A program made the translations under genes and the position numbers. From Paraspadella gotoi (taxonomy: Eukaryota > Animalia > Chaetognatha), in the NCBI GenBank assembly GCA_051294375.1, contig JBJCIZ010000239.1, forward strand, positions 5,305,656 to 5,369,655: a stretch of 64,000 nt of DNA, in the 5' to 3' direction. Shown piece after piece: positions 1 through 11,624 of this stretch. The notes below the pieces were generated by a model that worked only from the letters and a program-made list of their open reading frames with translations, had not been told where the DNA came from and searched no databases. Positions within the stretch are counted from its first letter, which is position 1. Each line of letters begins with the position of its first letter.

Positions 1-46
1 ACTACTTTTTGACAACATATCTTTACTAATGAATATCTCATGGTAT

Positions 47-1662
47 ACATCGGCGGTTAATTGGTTTAGCATAGTCACTTTCAAGAAATCGGTGGTCGTT
101 CGATGTAACTTTAATTATTTTTTTTTTTTATTAAAAAAGTACTTTTGACAACATATTTTTTACTAATGCAAAACTTACGGTATGCGTCAGCGGTGTATGT
201 GTTAGCATAGTTGCCTTTCAAGAAATCGGTCCTGTTTGGCGCGCAGTTTTTTTTTATCAAAAAGTACTTTTGACAACATATTTTCTAATGCAATATCTCT
301 CTTATACGTCTGCTGCAATGGTTACCATAGTTTCCTTCAGGGTTCGATTCACCCCTGATGATTACTAAATAGCAGTTTTATTTAAAAGTTCTTAACCTTA
401 AGATGGTAATTACTCATGTTTTTACTAAAACGAGACCTATGCTTCAGTGGTTTAATGGTTAGCATAGTTGCCTTCAAACAGTTGTTTGCGTTAAATAAAC
501 CACTGGAGTAATTTTTAAATCACATATTTTTTTATTCAAGATACTGAAATTACTGCGTATTTTACCCAGTGCCAATTTTCTCCCATTTGTCAGTTGTTTG
601 CATGGTTGCCTTCTAAGCAGTTGATCAGGGTTCGATTCCCCACTAATGTAACTTTTTTTTGTAACATAAAATACTTTGGCATGTGATGGTAATGAAAATG
701 AGTAACAGTTACTGTCAACCTTTTTCAATACTTCTAGCGTGTAATGTTAAGAAAAATTGACATCCAAGCTTTTGATTGCGGTTTAATTCCTCCCTGAAGC
801 ATATTTTCATTTTAAAGTAATTGTGCATAAGATTGTAATACTTTTAATAACGACGCATCAGTGGTGTAATGGTTAGCATAGTCGCTTTCTCAAGCAATTG
901 CACGGAGTTCAATTACCTCCTGACGCATTTTTGCCTCAAGAAATAATTTGGCATAATATTGTCATAACAATATATTTAAAAATAAAGTTACAAGTAGCTA
1001 CAGCGTCAGTGGTATAATGGTTAGCCAACAACTAATTGCTAAGCATTTCCCCGCTGATGCAAGTTATTGTTTGCATTTTTAAATAAATTTTATAATTATT
1101 CCTAATGTCTAATAGCTATTTCTTATATCCAAAAAAATAAAAACTTCGTCCAGGCTCTGTCAGTTGGGAAAAGCTTAGCTTACTTGCCCTCTCAGTCGGT
1201 TGATCCGAGTTCGATCTGGCATCTTGCAGAGCCATAATTTTTTCTATTTAATTTATATTATTTAATATGTATGTATTTTTAAATCATATAAAATTATTTT
1301 TGTTTCTAATTTTTTTTATTTCTTTGTATATGTTAGCGTTGTCTTCTGGAAATAGCGGTTAAAATACTTTCTGCCCTAGTTTTCGGAGAGTTAAATCATA
1401 CATCATTCAATCATACATTATAAAACGCAACATGCGTCAGTGGTGTAATGGTTAGCATAGTTGCCTTCCAAGCAGTTGATCGGGGTTCGATTCCCCGCTG
1501 ACGCAACTCAATATTTGTTTTATAAAAAATTATATAAACTTAGTTATAAATATAGCGCCTTTTCTACATATAAGGGACAGGGATAGACGGAGCGTCAGTG
1601 GGGAAAAACTAAGTGAAGGTTCCGTTCCGATCTCATAAATCGTGTTCGATAATCTACAGGCG
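47..1662 (+). pseudogene. Tandem array of degenerate tRNA-Gly pseudocopies (~140-bp period) around the intact gene
   Basis: Recognisable copies start at about 47, 184, 306, 441, 587, 730, 855, 1003, 1157 and 1592. They keep parts of GCGTCAGTGGT.TAATGGTTAGCATAGTTGCCTT..AAG and/or GGTTCGATTCC..CTGA.GCA, most are followed by T-runs, and all have broken stems or deletions. The first three share the spacer TACTTTTGACAACATAT..TACTAATG. Confidence 0.85.
1434..1505 (+). tRNA. tRNA-Gly-TCC: tRNA-Gly (anticodon TCC), apparently intact, 72 nt
   Basis: GCGTCAG...CTGACGC-A acceptor stem; A-box TGGTGTAATGG; anticodon arm GTTGC-CT TCC AA-GCAGT (TCC at 1467-1469); T-arm CGGGG-TTCGATT-CCCCG; T4 run at 1518-1521. 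Closely matches the canonical metazoan tRNA-Gly-TCC sequence. Confidence 0.95.
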
Positions 1663-1781
1663 AAGTCCATTTTAAAACTTTTAATTTTTAAAAATATTAT
1701 TTTGTTTAATCAAAGTTTTTTATTATATCTGTTAGTTATATTCCTTGGACTCGTGGTCCCAACATGAAACAAAAAAAAGCC

Positions 1782-1945
1782 TGTGGATAAGGGGCTAAGT
1801 CGGCTGAAGAGTTCCTTCCGCAAACCCCTCTTGAACCGATGGAACGGCTCCTGGGCTTGGAACCAAGTTTGTCCTCAAGCTTTCACCACAGGGTAGTTAC
1901 CATTGGGGATCGATCCCGGTACCTGACGGTCATGAGCTGACGTTG
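1782..1945 (-). mobile_element. Truncated, internally deleted copy of the TG...CA element with a tRNA-Met-like head
   Basis: Reverse complement reads CGTCAGCTCATGACCGTCAGGTACCGGGATCGATCCCCAATGGT...TGGTTCCAAGCCCAGGAGCCGTTCCAT...CTCTTCAGCC...CCTTATCCACA, which aligns to the copies at 37207-37456 and 53524-53818. Confidence 0.75.
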
Positions 1946-1989
1946 TTTACAGGCTTAAATAGCTCATAACTACAAGCATTTGACGTTTT

Positions 1990-2227
1990 TAGTTGCAACT
2001 CTATAAGTCACTTTTCGGTCGGTCGGTTCGTCGGTCGGTCGGTCCGTCGGTATGTCTGTCCGTCGGTCTGTCCCGCTTACCCTTAAAAACGCTCATAACT
2101 TGCCCATAGATCGTTGCTCATTTGTTAAAAATCAAATCTAAGCGACGACTGGCGCCGCCTTTTGTTTTTAATGATAAGTAAAAAGAAGAGTAATGCGGCG
2201 CAACACGTTGGAATAACCGTTCCTTGT
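1990..2227 (+). mobile_element. Helentron-associated non-autonomous element (HINE/DINE-1-like)
   Basis: Starts in a T-run with AGTTGCAACTCTATAAGTCACTTTTC, then a (GGTC/GTCY)n microsatellite, a subterminal inverted motif TGCGGCGCAAC near the 3' end, a short 3' hairpin, and ends CTTGT in a T-run with no TSD. Multiple copies in the window. Confidence 0.75.
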
Positions 2228-2244
2228 TTTTAAAATAAACGAAC

Positions 2245-2344
2245 CTTCCTGCGCCTTTTGAAGAGCCTCTTGTACGACGGACTCGCTCTCCAGATCCAAA
2301 GCGGAAGTGGCTTCGTCCAACAGAAGGATGGACGGATTCCGAAT
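2245..2344 (-). CDS. ABCB1: ABCB1-like exon 12 (Walker B, D-loop)
   Basis: CTCTGCAG|[34 protein letters not shown]|GTTCGT; phase 0 to 1. The next expected exon (GRTT..IAHRLST) was not found in 1-2244. Confidence 0.95.
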
Positions 2345-2842
2345 CTGCAGAGATTTTTTGGGAATTTTTGAATTTCAATTCATTTTAATTCGTTTAATGC
2401 AGTGATTGATTTATTGATTAGTTAGTTAAATAAATTGATACTTTGATTGACTCTTTTGTTTAATTATACAATTAGTGATTGAATAGATTTATTGATTTAT
2501 TTTTTGATTGATTGATTGATTGATTGATTTATTTATTTATTCTTTGAATGATTGATTGAAAACCCCATACCAACGCCCTGGCTATGGCGATCCTCTGCTT
2601 CTGTCCGCCCGACAACTGAGCTCCTCTTTCGCCGACGATCGTTTCGTACTTTTTCGGCAATCTGCAATTTTGGAAATCTGCAATCTGCAAGCTGCAATCT
2701 GCAAGCTGTAATCTGCAATCTGCTGTTTGAGATTTTTGAAAAAAAATGGAACCAATTCGTCGTTGTGGATTTTATTGCTGTTATTTTCGTTTTGGTCGAT
2801 GTCAAATATTTTAGGATAAAGAGTGAATGTTTCGAAATTAAA

Positions 2843-2883
<41 letters not shown>

Positions 2884-5734
2884 AACCTCGACACGAAATC
2901 GTGGGCGTTGGCCGCCTTGGCCGCCATCTTGATTTCGTCCATCGTCGCCTCCGGTTTCCCCAACCGGATGTTGGCTTCGATCGTGGTGGCGAAGAGAACC
3001 GGCTCTTGGCCCACGAGGCCGATGTTCTGGCGGAGGGAGCGGAGGCTTTTGGGGGGGAGAGAGAGAGAGAGGGCGGAGGGAGAGAGGAAAGAGAGAGTGG
3101 GCGGTAGGGAGAGAGAGGGAGCAAGAGAGAATTAGATAAGTGGAAGGAGGAAGAGAAGGGTGGGGAAAGGGGAGAAAAGGAAGGAAGATAAAGAAGTTAG
3201 AGAAGTTATAGAAGTTAGAGAAGTGGAAAGAAGGAGGATAAAGATCAAAATTTATGAATGTATGTATGATATTGTATATGTACCCGGGTTAAGCGGCCCG
3301 TCCCTCTTAACTGCTAGGCGACCACGGGGCTAGAACCCCGGAATTGTGGGTTTTGGAGGCGAATGACTTGCCACCTGCACCACCGGCAGCTAACGAACTT
3401 TTTAGTCCACTATAAAACCAAACGAAAGTTTTATTATATGAAAAGTAACTAAATTAAGAAGATTAAACATATATGAGTAATCTCATTCTCTAACCGCCCC
3501 CTAACCACCCCCTATTCACCCCTAACCTCCCGCCTAACCTCTCTCTCCCCCCTCCAAACTCACTCCATATCCCTCACGTCTCTGCCGTCCACCTCCACCG
3601 CTCCGCCGTCGACGTCGTAGAACCGCATCAGGAGCTGCAGAGCGGTAGATTTCCCGCAGCCGCTGCTGCCGACGAGGGCGACGCAGCGGCCGGGTCGGGC
3701 GGAGAGGGTGAGGTCGCGCAGGACGGGGACGCGGCGTCGGGTCGGGTAGGAGAAGCGGACGGATGAGAAGCGGACGTCGCCCGAGAAGCGGGAGATGGGA
3801 GAGCTAGGGGTGGCTGGGGTTTGAGGGGAGGAAATTGTAATAGAGGATATGTTAGTGAATGCTTTGCAAATTAATAATAATAATAATAATCATTTAAAAT
3901 TTTAACAAATTTAACAATAAAACGATAAAATTTTAATAAAGATCAAACAAAAATTATATAGATTATGCTTTAGTTTTTTCACTTGTTCCACCCTTTGATG
4001 TGAAAAAAAGCGAGAAAAACAAAAAAACAAAACAAAAACTGTTTTTTTTATATTTTTGCTGTCGAAGATTTTCTAACGGCGATAATTAAGTGGCAAAGAT
4101 CAAAAGGTTAAAGATTTAATGTCGGGGATAAAATATAAATGAACGAGAGAAAATGAGGAAAAGAAGGAAAGAAGAGGGAAAGAAAGAAGGAAAGAAAGAA
4201 GAAAAGAAGAGAAGATTATTAAGTGGAAAGAGAGAAAGAAAGATGAACGCCCGATTCGTTCCTTCATGAGGCTAATGTTTTCCTCTTTTCTTTCGCTTAG
4301 TTTTTTTTTTCTTCTTTTTTAATTCATGTTTTTTTTTTTTCACCAACCCCTCTACGAGACACTTTTCCCTCGGTCCGTCGGACGGTCGGTATGTCTGTCA
4401 GTCGGTCTGTCCCAATTTCGTTAAAAATGCTCAAAATGGTCCCACTCCCTCAGTCTCTCTCTCCCCCCCTCACCGTCAACGCCATCTATCTCCGGCTTCC
4501 GGTCGATGATCTCGTATATTTTGTGGGCGGCGCCTCTGGCGCTGGCGACTTCGCCAATGGTCGGGCCTGAAAAAAAAAGATATACACATATTATTAAAAT
4601 GAATATATATTCCAAGACTTATATCGTAATGTCGAGAGGCCAGGAGCAACCGTTCATGCTGGAGCTTTAAAATCATACTGCTTGTCTAACGTCGTCGTTT
4701 TATTAAAAAAAAAAAGAAAACCTACAAACTTTTATAAATAAACTTCAAACTTATGAAACAGATAAACCAAACATAAAATTCAAACGAATTCAACTACCCT
4801 AACCATGCGATAAAACGAAATAAATAAATATATAAATATAATATAAATATACAAATCTAATAAATTATTTGGCATCGATGCGCGAAACCAACAAAAACCG
4901 ATACATGAACGAACCAAACAGTTTTCTATAAACAAAAAAAAACCAAAAAAAGAACAAGAATGGACCTTCCAATGAGTTGCGCCGCAGAAATTTTATTTTC
5001 AAGTGTGATCACGTAATCACGTGATCACGTGACGACCTAACTAGGAAATTTATGTTTAACAAAGGTCTAATCGTCAATGACTTACCTGTACAGTTTCATT
5101 TACAATAACAAAATATTATGCAAAATATGCTTTTGTCATACTTTCTAATCACATAACCAAAGGTCTGTAAGCGTAGTTCTGTATGCGACTGCACAAGTAT
5201 GAAACATATGCAAAACAATCAATTGTAGATACCTTACTAGTCTGCCAAATATTTCATAAGTTAGGCTGCATTCAATTTAGGTTATGTAATCCTATTTTAA
5301 CTCGATCACGTGTCTGCACACGTATGATAAATATACACCTTCAAGGTCTTATGGAACCTTACCTTCAAACCAAATTGATGAACTATTATTACCTGAATTA
5401 TGTGAATTTATAATATAAGTTGAACGGACCCACGGACCCACAGACAGACCATCTGACCGACCGACCACCAACCAAAAAGCGACTTATTGAGTTGCACCGC
5501 AACGAAAAACCCTCGTGAAAACCACGAGGGTGAAATTCACGCGAATTCGCCCGCCATCAAAGGAGGAGGAGGAGGAAGAAGAGGAGGAGGAGGAAGAGAA
5601 AGAGGATATAATCGCTTTCGCGTTGATTCGAAGTTTGGGAGAAAATAGTAAACAGGAAAAATGGTAAACAATACTCACAATGAAGAAAAAGGGGGCGAGG
5701 GCGTTATTGAGGGAGAAGGAGTGGCAGCTTGGGT

Positions 5735-5809
<75 letters not shown>

Positions 5810-7935
5810 ATAGAATTGTACAAAATTATAATATAGACGGTAAAAAAAAAGAAATCGAGAAATAACTGGTAAAGAAAGTAATGAAAATAGTAGTAGAAAT
5901 AGAAAAGTAAGTAAGGAAGTACTCGGGAGAATATATTAAAAGAAAGGGTAGGAAAATTAAAGTGGAGGAAAGTAAAAGAAATTAGAGGAAAAGTGTTGGA
6001 AAATCGGAGAGAATAGAGGAAATGGTGGTAGGTTAAAGGAAAAGTGGAGGAAAGTAAAGAAAAGTGAAGTAAAATTGGAGGAAAGTAAAGAAAAGTGGAG
6101 GAAAGAAAAGAAAAGTGGAGGAAAAGTGGAGGAAAGTAAAGAAAAGTGAAGGAAAAGTGGAGGATAGGAAAGAAAAGTGGAGGAGGAGAAAGAAAAGTGG
6201 AGGAAGAGTGGAGAAAAGTAACAAAAAAGGTGGATGAAAAAGTAGAGTAAAATTTGTAGCTAGGGGAGAGGAAGTTGTGGCGCCAGGCGGGGGCGTATCC
6301 CGACGCCAGCGGGCGAGGTGACGTCCCGCCGGAAATTACGAACGTTAAGCGTCAACAAACGTCAACAAACGACGACGACAATGACGCCGATTATGGAGCG
6401 AGAATAGGACCTTGGGGGGCGAGATGGGCGACGACGACGACGACGACGATGACGATGAAGAGGTTGACGACGACGACCAAGTTATTTCGATTGGCAAAAC
6501 AGAAAAATAACGAGCTAAACGACGAAAACAACGACGAACATAAATCGATTTTCATTCCAACCGAAACTCGATCGATAGATGGCGGGGTCGTAATAAAACA
6601 AAAGGCACCGAGACAAACAAGAAAAAAAAATGAAAGTTTATAAATAAACATGTAATAATGATAAATATACAAAAATATGAAAATAATTTTAATAAATGTA
6701 TTCTTAAAAAGTTTAAAAAAAAACACTTCGATCGAGAACTACCTTCGATAGTAGAACAATGACGTTTTAAAAATAAATGAAATTATTAACAAAACAATTA
6801 CATTTTATGTTATTATATAAGAGGGATGACGGGCTTCAACCCACAAAAGCCTGTCTCCAAAGGGACAAGTTAAGTTATTTATTGAATGAAGGGCTAATAT
6901 TTATATTGGTTGTGTCAATTTCATAAGTGTATGTATAAACATTTATCAATATGTAAAAAAAAAGGTCGATTCCTCTTGTCTTCAGTTTAACGACCCCCGA
7001 GAGATTTCACCTTTTCTCTCTGCCTCTTTTTTTAAATTTCCTCTATCCAGTCTTTCCTTTTTTTGGGAGGTTCATCCCTCGACATCGCTTGTCATCATTT
7101 GTTTTCCTCTGTCATCCTGCCTCATCGTTTTACTCTGTCGTCTGTCTTCCTTTTTAAACGCTTTGCTTCTCGCCTTAGTTTTCTCCTTTTGTTTCTTTTT
7201 TCTCATTTTCTTTTTTCCTACTTCCTTATTCCTTCCTTTCTTTCTTTTTGCTTCTTTCTTCGTCTCTTTTCTTTCTCCCTTCCTCCCTCTCTCTTCCTAT
7301 GTCGTTCTTTTTCTTTTCTTTTCTTTTCTTTTACTTTCCCTTCATCCCTCCCTCACCTACCTCTTACCCCCCCCTTCCCCCTCTCCCTCCCGCTCCTCCC
7401 TCTCCTCCTCCCCCTACCGCGCTTCCAAACGAAAAAGCTGCCACCAAAACGGAGAAGAAAACTGTGACCAAATCTCGCGCCTGCGATTTCCTTGTTTCGC
7501 ACCATGAGGGATCCGTACCAGAAGGCGAGGGCGTAGGTGCGAAAATGCAGACGCATGGTCACGCCTGTGGTCAGATGGGGGTTGTGGACAGGGGGGGGGT
7601 GTGGGCGATAGGGGTTGTGTGGCGGCGATACATGATGGAAGACTTGAAAAAAGAATATCCTATCACAAATGATAATTTTGAAATTTCTTAAATCAAATTA
7701 ATATTACTAATATATTCTATATTTTCAGCTATTGTCGAATCCATTTTAATTTTTTACGTCGTAAAAAATTTTTAGTTTTGACTGAACGTTAATATAAAGA
7801 ATAGTTAAATTTGTATACAACTAGCATTTTGATCTAAACTTTTTTTTCTTACCGGAAAAAAATGTAATCAAATGACAACTAAGCGAAATCACTTCATTAT
7901 GCAAATTGAATTTAGTATACAAAAGGAAAGAAAGA

Positions 7936-8015
<80 letters not shown>

Positions 8016-8267
8016 AAGAGAGAGAGAGTTTGAGACAGCTCGCGAGTGATAGAGGGGGCGCCGTCCTGCGCGAATTTCAAATTACTTCCGGTGATGGGAA
8101 GTGATTGACGACGACGACAACGACGACGACAAAGACGACGATGAAGAAGATGAATTTGAAAACAAACAACTAAACGGACGACAACGACTACGACGACGAC
8201 ATTCAATATAACGGCGAAGGGAAACGGATAGGCTCCGCCCATAAACAACTGAACGCCAAATCATTTT

Positions 8268-8334
<67 letters not shown>

Positions 8335-8441
8335 TAGAGAGAGAAAGAGAAGAGAGAGAGAGAGAGAGAGAAGAGAGAGAGGAGAGTTGAAAGAGAAGAA
8401 GAAGAGAGAGAAAGAAAGAAAGAAAGAAGAAAGAAAGAAAT

Positions 8442-8480
<39 letters not shown>

Positions 8481-10539
8481 AGAGAGAAAGAGAAGAGAGA
8501 GAGAGAGAGAGAGAAAGAAACGAGCAGCGAGAAAGGAAGTAACAGAATGAAAGACATAGAAGTAGAAAGAAAAAGATAAGAAGAGAAGAAAGAAAGAAAG
8601 AAACAAAGAATAGGAAAGAGAGAGAGAATGAGAGAGAGAAGGAGATCCATTATGCAAAAAAATTCTGTCTGCCCGACGAAGATTCCAACCCATTCCGTTA
8701 AGTTTGATGGAGAAATATGGGAGACCGACAGAAACTTGGCCGACTTTAGGGTCGCCTAGACCGACTGAATGTAGGGTTGGGATGAGGGAAAAGAGACGTG
8801 AGAGGAAGAGGGAGAGACAAGACAGAGACAATTTTTTTTTTGAAAAGAGTCAATTTTTTGCGGCGAAAGATTTTGATCCGTTAATTTTCTCTCCCTCCTC
8901 TCTCTCTCTTCTCTCCTCTCTCTCTCTCGTCATTTCTCTCTTCTCTCGTCATACTCCCTCCTTTCCCTCGTTTCATTTAACTAAGTCCCACTTCAAAATT
9001 GGAAATAAAAACGTTGACAGAAAGGCATAAAGCAAATGAACGAAAATAAAGGGCGAAACAAACAAAATAATATACGAGAAATTAAACAATAAAATAATAG
9101 ATAAACTGCAACCCGAGTACAAAATATTGAGAGAGAGAGAGGAGAGAGAGAGAAGAGAGGAGAGAGAGAGTAGAAGAAAGAGAAGAGATGAGAGAACAGA
9201 GAGAGAGAGAGAGAGGAGAGCACAATAGCGGAGAGAGCTAAGCAAACGTAATTCAAAATAAGGAATCCGCCATGGTATTTAAGTAAATTTAATAACTCTT
9301 TAATAAGAAACTGCCTAAATAATCCATTTGGTTTCTTTCATCAATTGATTTTAAAAATTCATTATTTGTCTATGACCTAAAATTTTAAAAACGGTTAATT
9401 GGGACGGTTAATTGCCCATATTGTTAATTGCCCATTGGTGTAATTGCCCATTTGTTGATTGCCTTGCATTTGTTGATTTTGTAAATTGTTCCGCCTTCTA
9501 CCACAGAGAAGGCCAGAGATGAAGGCCTTGACTATCCCTTCTCTCGGCCTGTTTGAGCAATGACCTCCGGTAACCTGGCGCGCCTCCTTGTCTTGGCTCT
9601 CCGAAGCGGCCACTGTTCGGAATGCAGCTGATCGCCTGTTCGGCGCCGACCGCGCCTGATTGAAAAAAACAAAAATCTTTAATTTAAAACTCGTTCTAGT
9701 CCATGTAAATAACATTTCACATAAGCTGAAATAAAAAAATTAATCACACTTCATGATAGAGGAAGACGTGTGTGAGTTTAATTCACAGAGACTGCTGAGA
9801 GAGTCTTTATTGAAAGCCGAGCTGGTCATGCAATGATATTCTTATTGAAAGAGGGATACTTGCGCATTACGCACCCTTGTCTGTCCATCGCCAAAGTCAG
9901 TGGACAAAAAAGTTCCTTCAAGCCGAATGACTATATGTTTATAATGAGTGGTATCATTTCTAATATAGTTAAATTATTTTAAGAAGCGTGCCCGGCCAAC
10001 AAAAATGTTAAGTCCGTCCCTATCTCTAGCCATGAACAAACTTATATTGCCATCCAAACTAGACAAACTATTTTAGTTTGGCGAGCAAACTCTTAAGTTA
10101 ACTTTTTGGTACGGTCGGTGCCGTTGGTTTGTCTTGTCGATATGTCTTTTCTTGGTTCTGTCCCTACTTACGTTGAAAATACTTATAACTAATAGTGTTC
10201 GGTTGCTCATTTGTTAAAGACAGAAAAAAACTCTAAATCTAAAGCAACTATAGCGCCCCTTGTTGATTTTAAAGAAATCTATAAATAAAAGCAATAAAGA
10301 CGTGATTACAATGCAAGCGTGTCGTGTTTAATACGGAACATACAAGTGATAGAAAGTAAAGTAAAGATAATGCGGCGCAACACATTGCGAATAACCGTTT
10401 CCTTGTTTTATCACCACCAGCTAATAACCTTTTATATCTCGAGGTTCTAATTTTGGTCGTATTTATTTCTCGGGTTCTTGGTGACTCCCGCGCCGAGGAC
10501 CGTGTAGGGGCAACCTCGTTTGAAATTATTGTTTCTCTC

Positions 10540-10580
<41 letters not shown>

Positions 10581-11581
10581 ATCTCCTCTCCCTCTCTCTC
10601 TCTCTCTCCTCTTTCACTCTCTCTCTGTCTCGTTTGTTAACCCTCCATTCAACATTCATTACGACGACAACAAATCGCTGTCTCTGAATTCTTTCTCTCT
10701 TCGTCTTCTCTCCCTTTGTTCCCACCCTTTTTTTTTCTTTTTTTCCCCCCTTCTTTCCCTTTTTTATTTTTCCTCTCTCTCTTTCCTCCTTTTCCTTTCT
10801 TTCTTCTCTCTCTCTCTCTCGCTTTCCTCCATTTCTTTTTCTCTCGTTTTACTCCTGTTTTTGCATTTTATCATTAATTTTTTTTAAAGTGATACAATAA
10901 ATAGTTTCTCCCCTTAATTTTTTCCTCTTATAACTTTAAATAATTACCAGGGCACCTTTTGCAAATGCCCCGCTGAGCCTTCTTTCGGACCCTTTTCACA
11001 CTCCCTTAAAGCTCCCCTGGTTTCACGTCACTTTCACATCTCTTTTCACACTTTCCTTTCACTCTCCTTTTCCAAGCTCCACTTCTTCACCGAATGGAAA
11101 CGAAATCTCTCTAACCTCAACCTCTGATGGAACCGTAAGACCTTTTTTCCTTCCATTCGGTTCCATTGCGGACCCAGAAGCGACGCAATCTAGTGGAATC
11201 TCTTGACCTTGGTTGACGAGAGATGGCATCTTTAGGTCTTTGCTTTTTTGCAGGACGGAATTTCTAATCTTCTGACTCTCCCCCAAGCATAAGTAGCCGA
11301 GACCAATTTGTTTATTATTTTATAATGAAATTAGTACAACCAATATACATACATTTAAATAAAAAAAGCTATCTTGTCTATGACTTTGGACAAACTTTGG
11401 TGGCCTAAGGCCTCCATCAATCTTACACTATTATGACATAACTTTTCTTCGGCAATTTCGATCAAAAGGCTTCATTTTTTTCAAAGAAATTAATTTGGTC
11501 TTGACTGTTGACAGAGTTTAAAGGTAATTGCGGGATTTTATTTTTAAGTCTTTACTATTTAATTTAATACAGAAGGCTAAA

Positions 11582-11624
<43 letters not shown>

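Noticed and set aside
441-510. Functional opal-suppressor or selenocysteine tRNA (TCA loop)
   Set aside because: T-arm and B-box destroyed, anticodon stem shifted, no long variable arm; it is a decayed tRNA-Gly copy.
1782-1860. Possible hammerhead ribozyme (CTGAAGAG...GAA)
   Set aside because: No GAAA, stem III or NUH geometry; the CTGAAGAG is one arm of a plain hairpin pairing with CTCTT.(C)A.CC in both the 1782 and 53.7-kb copies.
6278-6300. PBS-like TGGCGCCAGGCGGGGGC
   Set aside because: Only the first 7 nt match a tRNA-Lys-type PBS, with no preceding ...CA LTR end or gag/pol sequence.
7063-9256. Long Ser/Leu- or Arg/Glu-rich ORFs here and throughout (e.g. 16741-17400, 34682-35293, 50297-51576, 62219-62754)
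   Set aside because: Stop-free translations of (CT/GA)n microsatellites and pyrimidine tracts, with no domain signal.
11059-11286. 75-aa non-repetitive ORF in ABCB1 intron 5
   Set aside because: Not needed for the ABCB1 frame, no family resemblance, and no clear splice signals.
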